Below are positions 30,635 through 38,242 of a stretch of 64,000 nt of DNA, one piece after another. The first letter of the stretch is position 1. Each line of letters starts with the position of its first letter. Location of the stretch: assembly GCA_018969585.1 (NCBI GenBank), contig JAGWYB010000001.1, forward strand, positions 4,821 to 68,820, given 5' to 3'. Below the pieces are notes generated by a model. It worked only from the letters and a program-made list of their open reading frames with translations, had not been told where the DNA came from and ran no database searches. Both the position numbers and the translations under genes were made by a program. This stretch comes from Actinomycetales bacterium (lineage in GTDB: Bacteria; Actinomycetota; Actinomycetes; Nanopelagicales; Nanopelagicaceae).

Positions 30635-30921
30635 TAAGCGGGTCTAGATGTGGGGCGGATTCGCCAGATTGGATTTGCTGGATCGGTTATCTCTTCGCGT
30701 TCAATTTCAAAGGTTGAAATAGCGCCCAATGGAGCTGCTTCTACCCGCCAGAGAATTCTTGAGCCATCATCTGGGCGATAGAAGCCATCGCTAGCTCTAT
30801 TCCACCAAGCTCCTGACTCGCGCCAAGAAGAGAGAACTGCATGGATGCGAAATCGTCTACCGCGGAAGGTGAACTCGATTGGTTCGCCCCCGGATAGATA
30901 TATATTTGGTCTTTCGAACAT
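30634..30921 (-). CDS. Small Trp/Arg-rich hypothetical protein, first gene of the dnaE2 operon
   Basis: 95 aa (…SSWRESGAWWNRA…ILWRVEA…IWRIRP…). Its stop shares an ATGA overlap with the dnaE2 start, and its start codon lies inside the LexA box. I recognise no motif in it. Confidence 0.6.
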   Translation of the reverse strand: MFERPNIYLSGGEPIEFTFRGRRFRIHAVLSSWRESGAWWNRASDGFYRPDDGSRILWRVEAAPLGAISTFEIEREEITDPANPIWRIRPTSRPA

Positions 30922-30929
30922 TTGTTCGA
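30914..30929. promoter_or_regulatory. LexA SOS box (TCGAAC-N4-GTTCGA)
   Basis: The sequence is an exact palindrome, TCGAACATTTGTTCGA, matching the actinobacterial/Gram-positive SOS-box consensus. It covers the ATG (30921..30919) of the 95-aa ORF. Confidence 0.85.
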
Positions 30930-31043
30930 ACCTTAGCGAGAGCTACCGACTAACTGCAAACCTCGCGTGTCCTGCCTCGAAATTAGTTGAATTTTCAATT
31001 ATCTAACATATACTTCCCCGGTCCGCTTAATCGAAAGGGAAAA

Positions 31044-31457
31044 ATGGATATCGTCTTAATTATCGGTCGCGTGCTATTTGCGCTGATCTTCATCAACTCA
31101 GGAATCGCACATATCACCAAGCTGCAAGCTATGACTGGCTACGCTCAATTTAAGAAAGTGCCAGCTCCTAAGCTCTCAGTAATCGTAACTGGATTGATGC
31201 TCATTATCGGAGGTCTATATATCGCTCTCGGCGTTTACGCAGACCTTGGCGCAATTCTGATTGCACTCTTCCTAGTCCTATCTGCATTCAAAATGCATGA
31301 TTTCTGGACAATTCAAGATGCCCAAGCCAAGCAAGGTGAGACCATTAATTTCTTCAAAAATCTCTCACTTGCAGGCGCAGCTCTAATCATATTTGTAATG
31401 GTTGGCACCGGAGTCGATTTCGGCCCAAGCATTACTGATGGATTCTTTAACCTCTAA
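31044..31457 (+). CDS. DoxX family membrane protein
   Basis: About 137 aa from ATG 31044, preceded by an AAAGGGA Shine-Dalgarno sequence. It has four TM segments (MDIVLIIGRVLFALIFINSGIAH...). The longer TTG-initiated ORF from 30987 is less likely. Confidence 0.7.
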   Translation: MDIVLIIGRVLFALIFINSGIAHITKLQAMTGYAQFKKVPAPKLSVIVTGLMLIIGGLYIALGVYADLGAILIALFLVLSAFKMHDFWTIQDAQAKQGETINFFKNLSLAGAALIIFVMVGTGVDFGPSITDGFFNL

Positions 31458-31470
31458 ATCATCACCAAAG

Positions 31471-31510
31471 ACCGGCCTTGGTAGCGATGCCAAGGCCGGT
31501 ATCTTTATTT
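31471..31510 (+). terminator. Perfect 11-bp GC-rich hairpin plus T-rich tail after doxX
   Basis: The stem ACCGGCCTTGG/CCAAGGCCGGT closes an 8-nt loop and is followed by ATCTTTATTTA. It ends 1 nt before the ATG of the next gene. Confidence 0.65.
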
Positions 31511-31511
31511 A

Positions 31512-32255
31512 ATGGAAATCCTGGTTGCTGCTTTATGCGGCGCTGTAATCGGCTTAATACTTGGGCTGGTTGGTGCGGGCGGATCGATGATCGCAGTACC
31601 AATGCTTATTTATATCTTTAGCTTTTCTCCCGTACAGGCAACCACCGCATCACTACTCATAGTTTTTGCCGGTGCAGCAGCTGGCCTTTCCTCAAAATTT
31701 AAAAACGGAGATGTCCTGGTTAGAGATGGACTAGTTATTTGGTTCTTTGGTCTCACCACAAACTTTGCAGGTGCTTATTTCCTTCCGCAACTTCCTGAGA
31801 CATTAATTCTTACCGGATTTTCTCTAGTTCTGATCAGCGCAGGCGCTTCCATATTGTTAAAACAAGTTTCCCAGCGCGAAGAGCGACGGATGTCCATTTT
31901 CGCTTTAATCGCTTTATCCCTTCTCATAGGAGCTATGACCGGGCTCTTTGGAATCGGTGGTGGATTCGTCGCCATCCCTATCCTGATTCTTTTCTACAAC
32001 GTATCGCCTAATAAGGCGGCTGGCACCTCGCTCTTTATCATCATGATAAATACCTTGACCGGATTTATTGCACATGCGCGACATTGGGAAGAGGTCCAGT
32101 GGTCTTTACCAATAACAATTGCAATCTTCGCGCTACTTACTAGCCGGATGGCTGCGCAACAAAGCAAGCGCTTTGAAGCCGCCACCCTTAAGCGTTGGTT
32201 TGCGGGAACAGTTTTTGCAATAGCGATTTTCACTTTGCTTGAAACTTGGACCTAG
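31512..32255 (+). CDS. TauE/SafE family sulfite/anion exporter
   Basis: 247 aa polytopic protein with two internal GxGGGxxxxP-type repeats (GAGGSMIAVP and GIGGGFVAIP). Confidence 0.75.
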   Translation: MEILVAALCGAVIGLILGLVGAGGSMIAVPMLIYIFSFSPVQATTASLLIVFAGAAAGLSSKFKNGDVLVRDGLVIWFFGLTTNFAGAYFLPQLPETLILTGFSLVLISAGASILLKQVSQREERRMSIFALIALSLLIGAMTGLFGIGGGFVAIPILILFYNVSPNKAAGTSLFIIMINTLTGFIAHARHWEEVQWSLPITIAIFALLTSRMAAQQSKRFEAATLKRWFAGTVFAIAIFTLLETWT

Positions 32256-32264
32256 AATTTAGCT

Positions 32265-32753
32265 ATGGAAGGAATCCTCGAAAAATCGGCAGTTAAGCGG
32301 GCTCAGTCAGCTATCTCTGAACTTGGAATGAAAGGTGAGATTAAGATTCTTTCCGAGAGCGCACGCACTGCTCTTGATGCAGCGACTGCGCTAGGAGTTG
32401 AGGTCGGCCAGATTGCATCTTCGCTGGTATTTAAATTACCTAGCGGCGAGCCTATTCTGGTGATTACTTCCGGTCGCCATCGAGTTGATACTGGTTTAGT
32501 GGCTCGACTCGTTGAAGTTACATCTCTATCAAGAGCTGATGCCGATTTTGTTAAAGAATTCTCCGGATACTCAGTTGGTGGCGTTGCCCCTATCGGTTGG
32601 ATCAATAGAGCAAAGGAAATAATTATTGATAAGGCGCTATCAGATTACGAAGTAGTCTGGGCGGCTGCAGGTCATCCACACGCGGTTTTCCCAACAAGTT
32701 TTTCTGAGTTACAGAAAGTTACCTTGGGTCGAGTTGAAGTAGTAGGTGACTAA
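32265..32753 (+). CDS. YbaK/EbsC-type aminoacyl-tRNA deacylase domain protein
   Basis: 162 aa with a KSLVFK-like segment (SSLVFKL) and a GGVAPIG motif typical of the YbaK/ProX editing domain. Confidence 0.65.
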   Translation: MEGILEKSAVKRAQSAISELGMKGEIKILSESARTALDAATALGVEVGQIASSLVFKLPSGEPILVITSGRHRVDTGLVARLVEVTSLSRADADFVKEFSGYSVGGVAPIGWINRAKEIIIDKALSDYEVVWAAAGHPHAVFPTSFSELQKVTLGRVEVVGD

Positions 32754-33544
32754 TGCAGAGACTTAGCCATGTTATTGAAGGTGAAGGCGATCCACTACTT
32801 CTTATCCACGGAATGGGATCAGCAAGTACTGCTTGGAAATTGGTAAAACCAGAATTAAAGAGAGATTACAAAGTAATTACCGTAGATTTGCCGGGACACG
32901 GTGAAACTCCGCTCCTTGAAGGTTCTGCTATGGATCCCAATAGTTTGGCTCGCTACGTGCTACATGAAATGAGCGAATTAGGAATTGAAAAATTTGATGT
33001 TTGCGGGAACTCCCTTGGTGGCTGGGTTGCTCTTGAACTAGCTTGTCTTGCGCCAAATCGTATTAACTCTGTTATTGGACTTGCTCCAGCTGGTCTATGG
33101 CTACACCCTTATAACGTGCGTTATCCAGCGACTGCCCTGGCGCGGTTTCTCGCGAAATACACCGCGAGGATTGCTCCGGCCGCGCTCAATTTTGAATGGG
33201 CGCGCGCATTGGGATTCTGGGATGTGAGCCCTAGGTGGAAAGATTTTTCCTACGAACTCTGTCTTGATGCCGTTGAAGCAATGGGAAAAGCTGATGGCTA
33301 TTACCCTGCCTGGGATGGCATGTTGATGAAACGCTTCGATGGAAAAATCTCGAGCGAAATTCCAGTAACAATAATTTTTGGTGACACCGACCGTACCCTG
33401 CCAGCCACAAATTGTCAGGAGCGTTCCGTTGCGCCATCTCACGCAAAGTGGATTGTCTTTCCTGAAACGGGCCACGCGCCAATGTGGGATTCGCCTAGCG
33501 ATGTTGTTGCCGCCATACGTCAGACGACTCGTATTCGAAAATGA
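32753..33544 (+). CDS. Alpha/beta-fold hydrolase
   Basis: 263 aa with an HGMGS oxyanion region, the nucleophile elbow GNSLGG and a C-terminal GHAPMWD histidine motif. It is coupled by TAATG and ATGA overlaps to the genes on either side. Confidence 0.8.
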   Translation: MQRLSHVIEGEGDPLLLIHGMGSASTAWKLVKPELKRDYKVITVDLPGHGETPLLEGSAMDPNSLARYVLHEMSELGIEKFDVCGNSLGGWVALELACLAPNRINSVIGLAPAGLWLHPYNVRYPATALARFLAKYTARIAPAALNFEWARALGFWDVSPRWKDFSYELCLDAVEAMGKADGYYPAWDGMLMKRFDGKISSEIPVTIIFGDTDRTLPATNCQERSVAPSHAKWIVFPETGHAPMWDSPSDVVAAIRQTTRIRK

Positions 33545-34206
33545 TTACTCGAATATATTTTTGGAGCATTCCAAAGCGAAATCTGTTATGGGCAGTACTT
33601 CGAATGTGGTTAAACCGTAGACCTTTGAAAAATAATCCCAATATCAAATTTTGGAAGTTATTAGGTACAGGTAAAGGTTTAACATTTACCCCTCGAGACG
33701 CGGACCCAACACGATGGGGATTGCTGGTTGTGCTGGATGAGAAATCGCTAAGTGATTTCGAAAATTCTTCAGTAATCAATTCATGGAATAAACGAGCCAC
33801 TTCAAGATTTTCTGCCACGCTCCGCTGTATCTCTGTTCATGGAACGTGGTCTAGAAAAAAACCTTTCGCTCACGAAGTCGATCCTAGAGAATGGCAAGGA
33901 CGAGTAGCCGCTATCACAAGAGCGCGGATTAGATTTAGGAAGAACTTTATTTTTTGGAGAGCAGTTCCACCGGTAACTAATAGCCTGCTATCGGCTCCAG
34001 GATTAATTCGGGCCATCGGCATTGGCGAAGCCCCCATTGGATTACAAGGAACTTTTTCTCTCTGGACAGATCCACTAGCAATTAGCTCTTTTGCCTATCG
34101 CGGCGAAGCCCATAAAGAGGCAATTTCGGCAACGGCTCGAGAAAGATGGTATGCAGAAGAACTCTTTGGCAGGTTCGCAGTAATAGAGTCGAGCGGAGAG
34201 TTCTAG
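33541..34206 (+). CDS. CrtA-like (spheroidene monooxygenase / carotenoid 2-hydroxylase family) protein
   Basis: 221 aa. The N-terminal third (FWKLLGTGKGLTFTP...WGLLVV) resembles my recollection of CrtA proteins, and the gene is the first of a carotenoid-tailoring operon. The family assignment is from memory, not from a search. Confidence 0.5.
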   Translation: MITRIYFWSIPKRNLLWAVLRMWLNRRPLKNNPNIKFWKLLGTGKGLTFTPRDADPTRWGLLVVLDEKSLSDFENSSVINSWNKRATSRFSATLRCISVHGTWSRKKPFAHEVDPREWQGRVAAITRARIRFRKNFIFWRAVPPVTNSLLSAPGLIRAIGIGEAPIGLQGTFSLWTDPLAISSFAYRGEAHKEAISATARERWYAEELFGRFAVIESSGEF

Positions 34207-34229
34207 TCAGACTAGGGCAGACTTAGCCC

Positions 34230-35036
34230 ATGTCGATACGGAATTTCCGACCGCCAAGAGATTTACGGCGTCGTATCACTCCAATTCAAAGTGCTATTTC
34301 GATAGCCGTATTAACCGTAGCTATCGCACTACAAATCTCATATCCGCTTCTCAAAGACGAGCCGTTACGTTTGGTGACAATTGCCTTTGTTTACTGGGCC
34401 GCTGGCGCCATGTTATTGCACGCTCTTTTTGCTTACCGAATCGGATTCGCAGTTCGATTTCTCTTGATCACATTCACTTACTCTCTCATCATTGAGCAGA
34501 TTGGCTTTAGAACTACTTGGCCGTTCGGAGCGTATGAATATTCTGGATCTCTGGGATATCAAATATTTGGCGTGCCTTTAGTAGTGCCATTTGCTTGGGT
34601 AATGATGGCTTATCCACTATTTATCGCCGCTCGCCGAATTGCTCCGAAATGGGTTTTTCTGGTCGGAGGTTACGGTTTAATGTCGTGGGATCTATTTCTA
34701 GATCCGTTAATGGTCTCTGCTGGGCGTTGGACTTGGGAAATCACGGGCCGCACTGTTCCTTTTCAACCTGAAATTCCTCTTTCGAACACACTTGGCTGGT
34801 TTTTAACTGGAATGGGATTGATGGCAATTCTCGATCGTTTAATTCAGAAAGAAAGAAGGTCAGTCGGCGTAAGCAGAGCGATACCAGAAATTTTTCTATT
34901 CTGGAGCTGGGTAAGTGGCGTTATCGGGAATCTATTCTTTTTCGATCGGCCAGGTGTAGCTCTAATTGGTGGAATCGCTCTAGGAATAATTGTTTTTTGG
35001 TATTTCTTAGCAGTGAAATTTGGACGAAGTGATTAA
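34230..35036 (+). CDS. Carotenoid biosynthesis membrane protein (CruF-like 1,2-hydratase family)
   Basis: 268 aa polytopic protein with Trp-rich loops (SWDLFLDPLMVSAGRWTWE). It lies between the CrtA-like and glycosyltransferase genes. Confidence 0.5.
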   Translation: MSIRNFRPPRDLRRRITPIQSAISIAVLTVAIALQISYPLLKDEPLRLVTIAFVYWAAGAMLLHALFAYRIGFAVRFLLITFTYSLIIEQIGFRTTWPFGAYEYSGSLGYQIFGVPLVVPFAWVMMAYPLFIAARRIAPKWVFLVGGYGLMSWDLFLDPLMVSAGRWTWEITGRTVPFQPEIPLSNTLGWFLTGMGLMAILDRLIQKERRSVGVSRAIPEIFLFWSWVSGVIGNLFFFDRPGVALIGGIALGIIVFWYFLAVKFGRSD

Positions 35037-36127
35037 TGTTCTATTTCATTTTTATTTGGGCCCCAACCGCCTTTATTACTTTGATGCTGATCATCACGAC
35101 TTACAATTTTTTCACAATAAGAAGACCTCGCCAAACTGATAAATCAATTTCACAGAAAGTATCTATATTGATACCTATGCGAAATGAACAACATAATGCT
35201 CAAGATTCAGTATCTTCAGCGCTAAGTCAGAAACTGCTTCCAAAACTTGAAATTATTGTTCGTGATGATCAATCTACCGATAAGACTCTTAGTATTTTGC
35301 AACAATTCAGCGACAATCGATTATCGGTTCAAACAGGAAATCTTCTTCCAAGTGGATGGCTCGGAAAGCCCTACGCGATGGCGGAGTTAGCGAATGCAGC
35401 ACAAGGTGAGTATTTGATATTTTTGGATGCAGATGTCCGGTTGACTCCAAATGCTGTTGCAGACTCCATTTCTTTATTAGAGGAGTTAAATCTTGATTAT
35501 TTATCTCCTTATCCAAGACAGTTAGTTGGTGATTGGCTCAGCGGTCTGGTTCAGCCGCTACTGCAGTGGTCCTGGTTTTCGACCCTACCGATTCGCGGAA
35601 ACGAGCGCAGTCTTCGGCGATCTATCGTTGTTGCCAACGGACAATTCTTCATCGTCAGACGTTCCGCCTATTTTGCTGTTGCGGGTCACTCAAGCATTCG
35701 AAGCGAGGTAATCGACGATCTCGAGCTTGCTCGACTACTTCGTAGGAATGGTTATCGAGGTAGCGTCGTTGATGGATCAAGTATTGCTACCTGCTTAATG
35801 TACGAAAATTTTAATCAATTGTTAGAAGGCTACTTAAAGTCACAATGGCGAGCATTTGGCTCAATCTCAGGGGCCATTTTTGCAATTCTATTTCTTACTC
35901 TTACTTCAATCGCACCGGCTGTATTGGCGATATCTGGAAATATCTGGGCTGCGGTTGCGACTTTTGGAATCATAATTACTCGACTACTTGCAGCCTGGAA
36001 AACTCGATCAATAGCTTGGAGCTCCTTCTTGCATCCCCTTTCAATTTCAATTTGGATTTTTATCATCATCTCCTCATTGGTGCTAAAACAAAGAGGAAAA
36101 CTTTTTTGGCGAGGCCGCCCAATATGA
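35036..36127 (+). CDS. Family 2 glycosyltransferase (carotenoid glycosyltransferase candidate, CruC/CrtQ-like)
   Basis: 363 aa with a GT2 core (VSILIPMRNE, a DxD motif in FLDADV, NGQFFIVRR) followed by C-terminal TM helices. TAATG and ATGA overlaps couple it to both neighbours. Confidence 0.7.
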   Translation: MFYFIFIWAPTAFITLMLIITTYNFFTIRRPRQTDKSISQKVSILIPMRNEQHNAQDSVSSALSQKLLPKLEIIVRDDQSTDKTLSILQQFSDNRLSVQTGNLLPSGWLGKPYAMAELANAAQGEYLIFLDADVRLTPNAVADSISLLEELNLDYLSPYPRQLVGDWLSGLVQPLLQWSWFSTLPIRGNERSLRRSIVVANGQFFIVRRSAYFAVAGHSSIRSEVIDDLELARLLRRNGYRGSVVDGSSIATCLMYENFNQLLEGYLKSQWRAFGSISGAIFAILFLTLTSIAPAVLAISGNIWAAVATFGIIITRLLAAWKTRSIAWSSFLHPLSISIWIFIIISSLVLKQRGKLFWRGRPI

Positions 36128-37662
36128 AGCACCATCGCAAAAGCACCTCCCCAAAAAAAGTCGTTGTAATTGGCGCAGGTATGGCTGGATTGGCGTGCGC
36201 TGCCAGACTTGCAAAATTGGGGCATGAAGTGAAAATCTTTGAAGCAAGCGATCAAGTTGGTGGAAAATGCCGGACACTTTGGATTGAAGGATTTGGTTTC
36301 GATATTGGACCTTCTCTTTTAACGCTTCCGGCTGTGTACAAAGATTTGTTTCTTAAGACGGGTGGCCCGTCAGATTTAATTTCTGATCTAGAACCAGTCA
36401 ATCCTGCCTTCGCTTACCATTTCACAAATGGGAAGGTAATTCGTTTTCCAAATCTCTCTCATTCGGGTGTTGTCGATTCAATAAGTAAAGAACTTGGTAA
36501 TGAACAAGGAGCAGTTTGGGATCGATTATTAAAGCGGGCTGAATCAATGTGGGATGCTTCGAGAGAGGACTTCATTGAAGGTGAATTACGTAGCATCTGG
36601 CCTTTCCTTCAAAGAAAGAATCTGCTGCGCGACATAAAAACCATTGCGCCTTGGCTCTCGCTTCGCAAATTGACTAAACAAGAAGGCGCCGGGGATGAAA
36701 TTTCAAAGATAGTTGATAGATACGCAACCTATACTGGATCTGACCCCAGAAAAGTTCCTGCGGTATTACTGACTATCGCATTTGTTGAAGAAGCATTCGG
36801 AGCCTGGCATATCAAAGGTGGACTAGGTCGCCTTCCTATTGCATTGGCCGAACGAGTAAAGAAACTTGGCGGATCAATAAGTCTTAATTCTCCAGTAAAA
36901 GAATTAGTTTTAAGAAATGGCAGAGTGAGTGGAATTGTTCTCGAGAGTAACGAGACTATTGATGCTGAAATTGTAATTTCTAACGTTGATTCTGAGATTT
37001 TGTATAACAAACTTATTCCGAGGGGCGCCTCAAAACTCAAGACCAGATCCGAACGCAAATCAATCTCTAGATCTACGAGATCATTTTCAGGCTTTAGTCT
37101 CTTACTTGCGCTTGATGGAAGATCAGATGTAAATCATCATACGGTTCTCTTTCCAGAAAATTATGATTCGGAATTCGATTCGTTATTCAGAGATAAAATT
37201 CCACCGGCTGATCCAGCGATTTATATATGTAATCCAGAAGATCCGACACTCGTTCCCGGTAAGAACTTGGAGTCTTGGTTCGTGTTGGTAAACGCTCCCC
37301 TGCATGACCCAAAAAGTGGATTTGATTGGAATAGTCCTGGAGTGAAGAAGCAATACGCAGATTTAATTCTTTCAAAAATCGAAGAACGTGGAATCTCTGT
37401 ACGAAGTCGAATTCGGTTTATGAAGATTAGGACTCCGTATGATTTGGAAATTGAGAGCCGTGCTCCGGGAGGATCTATTTACGGGCCTTCAAGCAACGGG
37501 TCTCGTTCAGCATTCCTGAGGGCTAAGAATCGAAGTGCCATTCCAGGGTTATATTGCGTTGGCGGCTCTGCACATCCTGGCGGAGGATTACCGCTAGTTG
37601 CAATCAGCGCAGAGATTGTCGCAAATGCAATCTCAGAACAAGAAACAAACGAAGTGAACTAG
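36124..37662 (+). CDS. CrtI-family carotenoid desaturase (CrtD-like)
   Basis: I place the start at ATG 36124 (MKHHRKSTSPKKVVVIGAGMAGLACAARL...), which gives an FAD-binding GxGxxG N-terminus. The C-terminus carries GLYCVGGSAHPGGGLP. The 605-aa ORF in the track is an in-frame upstream extension through the GT gene. Confidence 0.8.
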   Translation: MKHHRKSTSPKKVVVIGAGMAGLACAARLAKLGHEVKIFEASDQVGGKCRTLWIEGFGFDIGPSLLTLPAVYKDLFLKTGGPSDLISDLEPVNPAFAYHFTNGKVIRFPNLSHSGVVDSISKELGNEQGAVWDRLLKRAESMWDASREDFIEGELRSIWPFLQRKNLLRDIKTIAPWLSLRKLTKQEGAGDEISKIVDRYATYTGSDPRKVPAVLLTIAFVEEAFGAWHIKGGLGRLPIALAERVKKLGGSISLNSPVKELVLRNGRVSGIVLESNETIDAEIVISNVDSEILYNKLIPRGASKLKTRSERKSISRSTRSFSGFSLLLALDGRSDVNHHTVLFPENYDSEFDSLFRDKIPPADPAIYICNPEDPTLVPGKNLESWFVLVNAPLHDPKSGFDWNSPGVKKQYADLILSKIEERGISVRSRIRFMKIRTPYDLEIESRAPGGSIYGPSSNGSRSAFLRAKNRSAIPGLYCVGGSAHPGGGLPLVAISAEIVANAISEQETNEVN

Positions 37663-38242
37663 AAGCTTGTAAAGCGAGCATCAAATAAGCGATTACAGAG
37701 ATGTAGTCGAAGGCAACGATGTCGAGAGCGCGTAAAAATATTGCGATGAAGATAAGTGAAGCTCTAACAGGGCGCTCAGACCAAGTAACAATTATTATCT
37801 CCGTTACGCCAAGGCTGTTTGATCTCGCCCTCATGTACTCCTGTAGGTATGCCGCTAGCCAAATTATCAAGATCGGCTGCCAAGGGGCTCCGATAATATA
37901 TAGTCCTAAAAGCCAGAAAACTTCAACAATTCGATCTGCGACGGAATCGAGAAGCGCTCCGTATTTAGTAGTTTTTTCGCCAATAATCGCAACTGATCCA
38001 TCAATTCCATCGAGTAATAGTGACAAGATCAGAAAAAGAAGTGCCCAATTTGATTTAGCTGACAGTAAGAATGCCGCTCCAAAAACTACCGAAATATATG
38101 AAAGTGTATTCGGGGTAACTCTTAGTTTGACTAGCGGTAGCGATATCCAATAACTAATGGAAAGCCAAACTTTGACAATTCCTTTAACTTGAGCGCTGCC
38201 ATGCAGTTCGCTCCATTTATTGAAGAAATCCTCTATTTTCAT
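37604..38242 (-). CDS. CDP-alcohol phosphatidyltransferase family protein
   Basis: 212 aa polytopic protein with the motif DGIDGSVAI-x10-GALLDSVAD. This is a variant of DGxxAR...GxxxDxxxD in which Ile replaces the Arg. Its 3-prime end overlaps the CrtD-like gene by 59 nt in convergent orientation. Confidence 0.75.
   Translation of the reverse strand: MKIEDFFNKWSELHGSAQVKGIVKVWLSISYWISLPLVKLRVTPNTLSYISVVFGAAFLLSAKSNWALLFLILSLLLDGIDGSVAIIGEKTTKYGALLDSVADRIVEVFWLLGLYIIGAPWQPILIIWLAAYLQEYMRARSNSLGVTEIIIVTWSERPVRASLIFIAIFLRALDIVAFDYISVIAYLMLALQASSSLRLFLVLRLHLRQSLR

Noticed and set aside
35845-36123. An in-frame upstream extension that makes the CrtD-like ORF 605 aa.
   Set aside because: The extension runs through the glycosyltransferase coding region in another frame. 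The FAD-binding GxGxxG motif follows directly after the ATG at 36124, which also forms an ATGA junction with the GT stop. The same reasoning applies to the long N-termini of murD (18065..18130), glgC (54800..54868), glgA (54771..54821) and doxX (30987..31043).
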